From a virus (taxonomy: Duplodnaviria; Caudoviricetes), in IMG/VR virus record IMGVR_UViG_3300042691_031247: a stretch of DNA of 64,000 bases; one strand, 5' to 3'. A program made the position numbers and the translations under genes. The notes under the pieces were generated by a model. That model ran no database searches. It had not been told where the DNA came from and saw only the letters and a list, made by a program, of their open reading frames with translations. Of the stretch, positions 57,426 through 64,000 are shown piece after piece; positions within the stretch are counted from its first letter, which is position 1, and each line of letters begins with the position of its first letter.

Positions 57426-58153
57426 TTATTTTTGTTTAACAGCTTTTTTTCGCTTGAACGCCTTCGCGAGCTTGCGAGGAGCTGGGGCTTTCTTTTTCTT
57501 CTTGCGCGGAGCCGGGCCAAACAACGACTTAATATGTCGGAGTACGGTCGCTTCGTTTGTACGTTTGTAGTTCACGTCGTCCCACGCTTGATCGGCGTGT
57601 TCGATTCCACGCCGCGCCGCCTCGACGTCGTGGATAAGGCTGTAGTCCGGGTTGTACCATTTGAACGCCCGCCCCTTGCCCTTGTTCCACTTAAAGTCTG
57701 CCACCGATATTTCATAGACGGTGTGCGTCATTGTATTGATAATTATTTGCGCTTGGCATTTAAACTCTTTGTTCGGCAGCCGGATTGTAGCCTCAAGTAT
57801 CTGCGCGTTGTCGCCGTAACAAGACCAGCAGTACTTTTCGCTGTCGCTTATTAAAAACCGGCAGGCGTTTAAAAAGCGATTAACACGCAGAGCACCGCAG
57901 TGATCAAATGTCATTTTGATATCAACTCCTTTAATGCGTGAAACAGCCGGCGCACCGACGGCATGAGCTGCCGCTTTCTTAGCGGTTCAGCACCCGGCTC
58001 AACGTTCTGAGAAGATAAGCCGCCAGTGTGTTCTTCTAGTTCACTGCGGCAGTAGTCGAGGTAGAGCTGCCAGTTGTCGTAGGCGTCTCTGTCTTCGGCT
58101 CGTTCGTATGGGATGTAGGGGGGTTCGTCAGGGACTCTGTCGTTCCAGCCCAT
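57426..58153 (-). other. two hypothetical genes (57426-57914, 57911-58153)
   Basis: Head-to-tail with 4-nt overlap. Confidence 0.6.
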
Positions 58154-58326
58154 TGTTTGGTGTCCTTCTTTTTGCTCCCGTCAATTAATTCGCCACGCAC
58201 GATTGATGTCGTTTGCGGCGCCGTTAGTCCAATCTTGACGCGATCGCCTGTGATTCCCAAAACCTTCACGACGATCCCATCGCCAATTACGACTTCCTGT
58301 TCTTTCTTCCTTGAGAGTACAAGCAT
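58036..58326 (-). CDS. csrA: carbon storage regulator CsrA/RsmA
   Basis: MLVLSRK..Q..VIGD.I.V.VL.I.G.RVKIG..AP....I.R.EL. Confidence 0.9.
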   Translation of the reverse strand: MLVLSRKKEQEVVIGDGIVVKVLGITGDRVKIGLTAPQTTSIVRGELIDGSKKKDTKQWAGTTESLTNPPTSHTNEPKTETPTTTGSSTSTTAAVN

Positions 58327-58336
58327 TGTGTCACCA

Positions 58337-59008
58337 TCATGATGTGGCTGAACCTTGTAACATTTTTACGACATACTCCGTGTTGCCGTTTTTAAGGTCC
58401 AGTGCGGCCATTTGTTTAATAAGTAAATCTGTCTTTAATCGAATTGACTGGTTGATATCTTCTGTCTTTCCGGCTTCCAAGTCGTAGACCGCGTTAAACA
58501 TCGCCGGGTCATCAGAGAAGTCTGTAATGTTGGGGCTGACCCGCGCGGCTCGGAGCGCGATGCGCAGGATGTCGGGGGCGTTGATGATCCCCTCGCTATC
58601 CAGCACGGCGCCAACGTAGCCGCGCACTTCGTCCGTAAACGGTTCTTTGTCGTCGTCTTCTGGCGGGCTGATGAGCAGGGCTTCGGTAATACCCCACGCG
58701 ACCTCTTCGGCGTCCGCGGGGTCCCACATATCGGGGCGGTATGTGTCGCCGCCCAGCACGTTGCAGAACGTCACGAAGTCAGGCAGGCTTTTGAAAAACT
58801 TGTCGGTCGTGAGGATCTGAATCGCGACTAGCAGCTTGTCGAGCGCCAGTTGGGGTAGCTCGACGTCGAACTCCTCTTCGATTTCGAGGGTGATCGTCGC
58901 CGGATCCCAGTCCAGCGCTTCAATGCCAAACTTATCCAGAAACAGGGTCAGTAGGACGCTCGCAAACGTCTCCCTGCTTTTCCAAGCTTCCTGCGCTATT
59001 GTCGACAT
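58337..59008 (-). CDS. hypothetical protein
   Basis: Start reassigned to MSTIAQ; strong coding-like composition. Confidence 0.7.
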   Translation of the reverse strand: MSTIAQEAWKSRETFASVLLTLFLDKFGIEALDWDPATITLEIEEEFDVELPQLALDKLLVAIQILTTDKFFKSLPDFVTFCNVLGGDTYRPDMWDPADAEEVAWGITEALLISPPEDDDKEPFTDEVRGYVGAVLDSEGIINAPDILRIALRAARVSPNITDFSDDPAMFNAVYDLEAGKTEDINQSIRLKTDLLIKQMAALDLKNGNTEYVVKMLQGSATS

Positions 59009-59438
59009 TGAGGCCATTCCTGCTCTTGATGATCTGCACGCCCCGGCGGTACAGCTCGCATAGATTATACGCGATCGTCTCCAGTGGCGGCCTAGGTAGC
59101 TGGGCAAGAGGCTCGCCCGCGTCGAGCGACACCCAGCCGGGAGCCCCGGTCCACGTGGCGTACCGCCCGTCGGCAAAAGCGAGTGTCTGACCGCAGCCGC
59201 TTGTAATTGCGTCGGCGTCAAGCTCAAGCTCTTCTTGCGTTCGCCGCATCATTTCGCTGACCAGCAAGCGCTGCTCGCTGGATAGGAACTGGAGATTTTC
59301 TAGCATGTCGGCGAGCAGCAGATAGAACACCGCCTCTTTGTCCACGTAGTCGCTGCCGGCGGCAAATCCGCGCTGTAAAACCGCGGTGAATACGCTGCGA
59401 ATTTGCAACTTGCTAAGTTTTATGACGCGCATTACCAT
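58932..59438 (-). CDS. hypothetical protein
   Basis: Start reassigned to MVMRVIK; divergent from plus-strand gene at 59476. Confidence 0.55.
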   Translation of the reverse strand: MVMRVIKLSKLQIRSVFTAVLQRGFAAGSDYVDKEAVFYLLLADMLENLQFLSSEQRLLVSEMMRRTQEELELDADAITSGCGQTLAFADGRYATWTGAPGWVSLDAGEPLAQLPRPPLETIAYNLCELYRRGVQIIKSRNGLNVDNSAGSLEKQGDVCERPTDPVSG

Positions 59439-59475
59439 ATCAAGCGTCAGGTCTGTTTCTTCCATGGAGGTATTT

Positions 59476-59754
59476 ATGTCCGTTTCCATCATTGACAACC
59501 TTTCTAATATCACTCAGGGCCGCGCCGAGATCATCGTGAGCGCTGATGGTATCGAGGAACTGCTGGCTGCCGCAACCTCGAACATGGTGCTGCAGAAGGC
59601 TGCGGAAGCTGGGTTGCATCGTCCGGGCGTGTCGAACGCCAGCGGCCCGTACCCGGTTGACGCCGACGGCAAAACAGACGACGAGCTGATGATGGGCAAG
59701 CGCGGCCCCGTCGTCGGTTATCGCCGAGATTTTGTTATCTTGGCGTCGCTTTGA
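59476..59754 (+). CDS. hypothetical protein on the minority strand
   Basis: Strong SD GGAGGT 5 nt before ATG 59476; convergent stop abuts next gene. Confidence 0.75.
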   Translation: MSVSIIDNLSNITQGRAEIIVSADGIEELLAAATSNMVLQKAAEAGLHRPGVSNASGPYPVDADGKTDDELMMGKRGPVVGYRRDFVILASL

Positions 59755-60560
59755 TCAGGCGTCGTCTGGTCGGCTGACAATAAGCATATTCGTGGGCTTT
59801 CCGTAATCAAATGAGATAACGGCAAAGCACACGGGCGTCCTGCAGTCGATATCGAGCTTCTTCGTCGCGGCGTATCCGACGCGGAAGCTCGTTGTCTTTG
59901 CCGCTTTGATCGCGGCTGCTTTTGTCTTGAATAAACCGACCGGCACGTCGTCCATCGTGTGGCGCCAGACGACAAGGTGACCGGTTAGGCCCGGCACGAC
60001 CTCTGTGCCTTTTGGTTTGCGCAGCAGTTTATTCGCACCCGAGGCGCGCGGAGCGCGCCTCTTCTTTTGCGTTTTTGTTTTCATTCCTCTACTCCAAACT
60101 TGTCGATATGCGCCAGTCTGGCGCAGTAGAACTCAGCCACAAGCCCGGCTACGTTGCCGAACCGTTTGACCATATCTGGAACTACCTGCTCGTTAAACAC
60201 GCGCAGGATAACTTTCCGAAACTTGGCGATGGCTTCTTTTGTGTAACCCTCTTCTCTCGCTTTTTCGGCGGCTTTGCGAATGTCTGCATTGCCGTCAAAC
60301 TGCAGTTGAAGATAAGCCGGGTTTACAAACTCAATGATGTGACCATAGACCTGCCGAACCTCGTAGGTGCACGGCACGTCAAATACACCGGGGCCGGGCC
60401 AGCGTTCACCGTTGACCGCGTCTTTTGACAGATACCGCAGCTTTCCCAGCGTCCAACCGAATGCCGCTGCATCATCATTCGGTTCAGCCATGACGAAGGC
60501 TGGTTTTGGCGCTGGCGGTTGTTTGTCAAGTTTTGTTGCAGATTTACTTTTACGCGCCAT
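59755..60560 (-). other. two hypothetical genes with basic N-termini (59755-60084, 60081-60560)
   Basis: Head-to-tail with 4-nt overlap. Confidence 0.65.
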
Positions 60561-60598
60561 GATTCACAATAGCTAAGGAAAATTGGGACAGTTTTAAA

Positions 60599-60671
60599 TT
60601 CTGACCGTGTAGCCGGGAGTCACATCAGCCGTCATAAGACGATTAGATGTGTCCCGACTACACAGTCAGAA
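60599..60671 (-). ncRNA. long intergenic RNA stem-loop, unknown function
   Basis: About 30-bp stem; two positions are G-U on the minus strand but A-C on the plus strand. Confidence 0.5.
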
Positions 60672-60682
60672 CACGCCGAAGA

Positions 60683-61057
60683 TCAATCTCCGGCGGTGCA
60701 AGCAAGGTACGCATGGTAGCGCGCTAATTCCTCAATGTTAGGATCAACCTCTCTAAAGATTGGCTCATCATCCATAGTAGCCAGCTCACCACGAAAGAGC
60801 GCGGTCGTATACTCGTGATACATCCGAGCCATATCACCGCGCAGTTTCTTCTTGGTGAATTTAAGCACGCGCTCCTTCAAAAAGGCGGCGCGTTCCCAGA
60901 AGTTCGGAATCACATCAAGCTGGTCCCGAAACTTCTCTGCAGTTCTCTCGAAAAGCTTATGCGCCTTATCAGGTACAATCTGAAATTGAGGCGCGGTCTT
61001 TTTGCATCGAGCGGTAACTGCAAGGCGGATCTGCTCCGCCGGGTCCGAAAGAAGCAT
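60683..61057 (-). CDS. hypothetical protein
   Basis: 124-aa ORF, SD GGAG. Confidence 0.65.
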   Translation of the reverse strand: MLLSDPAEQIRLAVTARCKKTAPQFQIVPDKAHKLFERTAEKFRDQLDVIPNFWERAAFLKERVLKFTKKKLRGDMARMYHEYTTALFRGELATMDDEPIFREVDPNIEELARYHAYLACTAGD

Positions 61058-61237
61058 GCGTTAACTCCGTTGTAACGCGGTAGAAAAGAGCTGCTGATAC
61101 TGCACAGCAGCAACATTAAATATGCCGCGATTTTGGCAGAAATTTAGCTGCCGTTCGGCGTTCGCGAATTGCGAAAGTGCCTGTTATTACAGGACTTACG
61201 GCGCGGTATAGCGTGTTCTGGAAAATGGAAAATGCAA

Positions 61238-61317
61238 CCGCCGCCCCGCGCTGCCTAAGAGCGTGAAGCCCGTGGGTTACGTGGCACGTAACCCGTCAGC
61301 AGACCGCAGGGCGGCGG
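61238..61317 (-). ncRNA. structured intergenic RNA element (multi-stem junction)
   Basis: 13-bp closing stem with G-U, 5-bp second stem, 9-bp perfect hairpin GGGTTACGT/ACGTAACCC. Confidence 0.45.
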
Positions 61318-61347
61318 AAGATCGCAGCCTACGCGTGGCAGGTGCGG

Positions 61348-61650
61348 CTAGAAGGTCAGCTGCACAACTTGGCCGCCGGAGTTCACGTAGATCACGCGAA
61401 CCGTTTTGGCGTCCAGCAGCGACTTGAGCTGTGTCTTTTTTTCACTGCTCATGCCGGCAAGACAAGATTTAATTTGCGCCATGGCGTTGCGACGCTTTTC
61501 TTGTTTCTTTTGCGCGCACGCACTGCACCCGCCGCCCGAAGACTTGAGCACGTCCCGCTTGTTGTAAAAACAGGGGATGGACTCGGCGTACGCCGGGTCG
61601 TTCAGTAATGATATTATTGTGCTGTCTTCTAGCACTACCATGTCGCGCAT
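61348..61650 (-). CDS. small Cys-containing protein
   Basis: SD GAGG before MRDMVV; GGGCSAC. Confidence 0.65.
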   Translation of the reverse strand: MRDMVVLEDSTIISLLNDPAYAESIPCFYNKRDVLKSSGGGCSACAQKKQEKRRNAMAQIKSCLAGMSSEKKTQLKSLLDAKTVRVIYVNSGGQVVQLTF

Positions 61651-61657
61651 ATAGACC

Positions 61658-62188
61658 TCACGGAGGCGGAGCTTGCACGGGCGGACTACCGATCCACATC
61701 TCGCCGCCCGGAAGCAGGTCGTCCGAGATGTCGAGCGTGTCTTTGAGACGCTGCACGTCTTCAACGACGTCTTCGATAAAAGCTTTGACTTCGGCCCGGG
61801 AGCGCAGCAGGACGTCGACATAGTTCAGACGAAACCACGCCGGCCGGTAATTCGGAATCGGGTCATCTTCTGGATACTCTTCTAAATCAGTCGGCGAGCA
61901 TACGTGATCAAATGCGCCCACTCGTTCGTTTGCGCCGGGCTTTAGCGGCAACATTTGGTACGCAAAGATCTTGGTTGGCATTTGCGTCGCGTTGCTGGCC
62001 GTGATGCGCACCCGAATACCGTCAGTGGTCTCAAAGTTGTACCGGCTGACTTGCCACGTAAGTTTGACGTTACGGGCGCTACCAGAGGGTGGCGGCGGGT
62101 CAACGTCGGGCAAATAGAAGTTTAAGCCCAGCGTATCCGGCAGCTCGATGATCCCTTCGTTTGGTCCGGGTGAGCAGCAGTCTGTCAT
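61658..62188 (-). CDS. hypothetical protein, probable virion region
   Basis: 176-aa beta-rich ORF among Ig/collagen genes. Confidence 0.6.
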   Translation of the reverse strand: MTDCCSPGPNEGIIELPDTLGLNFYLPDVDPPPPSGSARNVKLTWQVSRYNFETTDGIRVRITASNATQMPTKIFAYQMLPLKPGANERVGAFDHVCSPTDLEEYPEDDPIPNYRPAWFRLNYVDVLLRSRAEVKAFIEDVVEDVQRLKDTLDISDDLLPGGEMWIGSPPVQAPPP

Positions 62189-62189
62189 G

Positions 62190-62468
62190 TTATTCTTGCT
62201 CCGGTAATACGCGGCCTGTGATGTTGACGGGGCCGGGTGTAGTCGAGCGCACGTAAGCCAGCGCTAAACCGTCGTTATCCGTCGGGCCGGGTTGTGTAAT
62301 TTCTACGGTTTCTACGTCGGCCATAATCTCGACCTGTCGTCCGGCAACGGGCCGATCGCAGGCGTCGCGGAGCCGAATTTTGACGACCGCTGCTTTTGAG
62401 CCGTCCGCGAGAACCTGCGGCTTGGACCCGTACAGCAGTTTTGAATGTTCAGGGCTGACGTAACTCAT
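62190..62468 (-). CDS. Big_1/invasin-type Ig-like domain protein
   Basis: LADG...A.V...LRDA...PVAG..V.......TDNDGLA...V.ST.PG...IT. Confidence 0.75.
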   Translation of the reverse strand: MSYVSPEHSKLLYGSKPQVLADGSKAAVVKIRLRDACDRPVAGRQVEIMADVETVEITQPGPTDNDGLALAYVRSTTPGPVNITGRVLPEQE

Positions 62469-62833
62469 GGATACGCGTATCTCTGCGGCGTGTCACCATT
62501 CGGCGGTGCGTAATATATTGTAACCCCGGTCGTCTCAATATTCGGCGTCTTGGCGACAAACTGAATAAACTGGCGCATTACATCGCCGTCACTCTCTTTT
62601 GACGCGTTTAAACTATCAACAAACGCCTGCACGCACGGCGACAGCACATTGTTATCAGCCCGGCACCGGCACCCACGCTCTTTGGCCGATTTTTCATAGG
62701 CGTCGTGGCAGGCGTTAAACTGCTCTTTCAGTGGCAGCATTCCGGGGACGGCGTTAAAAAAGTCATCCTGCCGGCCAAACTGCATTATGTTATCTCGGCT
62801 GATCGAGATCATGCGCGTAATGCGCTGCGTCAT
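62465..62833 (-). CDS. small Cys-containing protein
   Basis: RGCRCR; similar layout to 61348-61650. Confidence 0.6.
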   Translation of the reverse strand: MTQRITRMISISRDNIMQFGRQDDFFNAVPGMLPLKEQFNACHDAYEKSAKERGCRCRADNNVLSPCVQAFVDSLNASKESDGDVMRQFIQFVAKTPNIETTGVTIYYAPPNGDTPQRYAYP

Positions 62834-62886
62834 AGCAATACCCTCACGAGTTACGGTCGAATTCTAATCGGCGTAACGAGATTGCG

Positions 62887-63789
62887 CTACGATTGCGCAG
62901 CCGCTTTTACCGCGGCACGTAATGTTGCGTTTGTTTGCAGCTCAGAGAGAAGCTGTGCGAGCGTTAATTCACCCTGCGGCCCGGTTGGTCCGGTAGCGCC
63001 CATGTTGCCGCACGGCCCTGTGGCGCCCGCCACGCCGACGCCTGTAGCGCCTGTGGCGCCGCGGGCGCCTGACGGACCTGTTACTCCGCGCGGCCCTGTG
63101 GCGCCCTGTGGTCCTGTAGCGCCCGTATCGCCTCTGGCGCCACGGGCACCAGCCGGCCCCGTTTGCCCGGCCGGCCCCTGAGCGCCTTGCGACCCGGCCG
63201 AGCCTTGCGGTCCGGCTGGGCCGGGAGGTCCGCCTAAGCCTTGCGGCCCCTGCACGCCTTGTGCTCCGCGATCACCTTTTGGTCCGGTCGCGCCGCGGGG
63301 TCCGGTAGGACCTGTAATCCCCGTAGCCCCTGTAGAGCCCCTAGCGCCGTTTGTGCCGTTTATACCGGAGGGACCTGTGGGTCCGGTGGCCCCGCGCAAA
63401 CCAGTGGGTCCTGTGGGCCCTGTGGGCCCCGTAGGGCCTGTAGGACCCGACGCGCCAGTAGGGCCTGTGGTTCCGGTTGCGCCTCGTGCGCCGGTTACAC
63501 CTGTCGGCCCGGTTATCCCTGTGGCCCCGCGCGGGCCGGTCGCGCCTGCGCGGCCAACTGGGCCTGTAGAGCCTGTGGCGCCTTTATCCCCTTTGTCTCC
63601 TTTAGCTCCCTGCGGACCGGCAGGGCCGCGGGCACCGGCAGGCCCTTGTGGTCCAACCGGCCCGGGGTTTCCTTGTGGTCCGGCGGGTCCGGGCGGACAG
63701 ACACCGCAGCCGCCGCCACCCTGCGCCATCGTAGCGCCGTCATACGGGACGAATTCGATGTTGTCGTCGGTGTTTTCTGTGTCTGTCAT
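62887..63789 (-). CDS. collagen-like (Gly-X-Y) fibre protein
   Basis: About 80 continuous GXY triplets, GPT/GAT rich. Confidence 0.92.
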   Translation of the reverse strand: MTDTENTDDNIEFVPYDGATMAQGGGGCGVCPPGPAGPQGNPGPVGPQGPAGARGPAGPQGAKGDKGDKGATGSTGPVGRAGATGPRGATGITGPTGVTGARGATGTTGPTGASGPTGPTGPTGPTGPTGLRGATGPTGPSGINGTNGARGSTGATGITGPTGPRGATGPKGDRGAQGVQGPQGLGGPPGPAGPQGSAGSQGAQGPAGQTGPAGARGARGDTGATGPQGATGPRGVTGPSGARGATGATGVGVAGATGPCGNMGATGPTGPQGELTLAQLLSELQTNATLRAAVKAAAQS

Positions 63790-63791
63790 GT

Positions 63792-64000
63792 TTAACTATC
63801 TAAAATGGCGCGAATGGTGTTGCGCAAATTTGTGTTGTTATTCAACTGCGCAATTAATTCGTTGAGGAATGCGCCAGATTTTACAATTTCAGCCACGTTG
63901 ATTGTTATGCTGCCGTCAATGGTTGAGGTCGTGGCGGTAATTGTCCCGCTTCCGACGGCGGCGGGCGTAAACGTAATTATACCGCCAGCGGGTATAACTC
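63792..64000 (-). CDS. C-terminal part of an Ig-like (Big_2-type) virion protein, truncated by window edge
   Basis: Own translation ...[31 protein letters not shown]...[25 protein letters not shown]. Confidence 0.7.
   Translation of the reverse strand, partial: VIPAGGIITFTPAAVGSGTITATTSTIDGSITINVAEIVKSGAFLNELIAQLNNNTNLRNTIRAILDS

Noticed and set aside
62950-63720. 9-nt periodic repeats (GGNCCNACN)
   Set aside because: Fully explained by Gly-Pro-Thr collagen codons
1-64000. CRISPR array, TIGR array or GGY-NN guide array to go with the RAMP/Nop genes
   Set aside because: By eye, no regularly spaced direct repeats in any intergenic gap; a computational scan of the full genome is still needed
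1-64000. Stop-codon reassignment as in some jumbo phages
   Set aside because: PolA, SbcC, terminase and AAA are full length in code 11, and TAA, TAG and TGA all end genes at sensible, tightly packed positions
1-64000. Prophage or integrative element boundaries
   Set aside because: No integrase, att-like repeat or transition to host housekeeping genes within the window

Overview
The window is a 64-kb segment of a large tailed-phage (Caudoviricetes-like) genome read with standard code 11, with almost all genes on the minus strand. The host is probably a planctomycete: this is inferred from a tandem alphaCTD protein, CsrA, a Cys-rich secreted peptide and the DUF1257/DUF2997/AAA/DUF3150 block. 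Layout: (i) about 2-17.8 kb, a replication/recombination operon (RecA, putative SSB, UDG-domain PolA, primase, DnaB, SF2 helicase, SbcC, SbcD); (ii) about 18-47 kb, an accessory region of many small ORFs with tRNA-Met and tRNA-Gln, MazG-like and DUF5664 nucleotide hydrolases and an AAA module; (iii) a plus-strand GpA-type terminase, tRNA-Thr, GNAT, a DNA glycosylase, a second degenerate primase-like gene, 4x alphaCTD and CsrA; (iv) probable virion genes (Ig-like, collagen-like) at the right end. The top candidate for a new system is a gene pair packed into the replication operon next to the SF2 helicase: a stand-alone RAMP/Cas7-like protein (13055-13552) and an apparently catalytically dead IS110/Nop-like protein (13554-14495). 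Both folds bind guide RNAs in known systems. I saw no CRISPR or TIGR array in this window, but structured minus-strand RNA candidates lie at 60599-60671 and 61238-61317. A second theme is several mobile-element or host enzyme folds that have lost catalytic residues (UDG, IS110 RuvC, HUH Rep, DHS-like, TOPRIM). All family assignments come from reading motifs by eye; no database searches were run.
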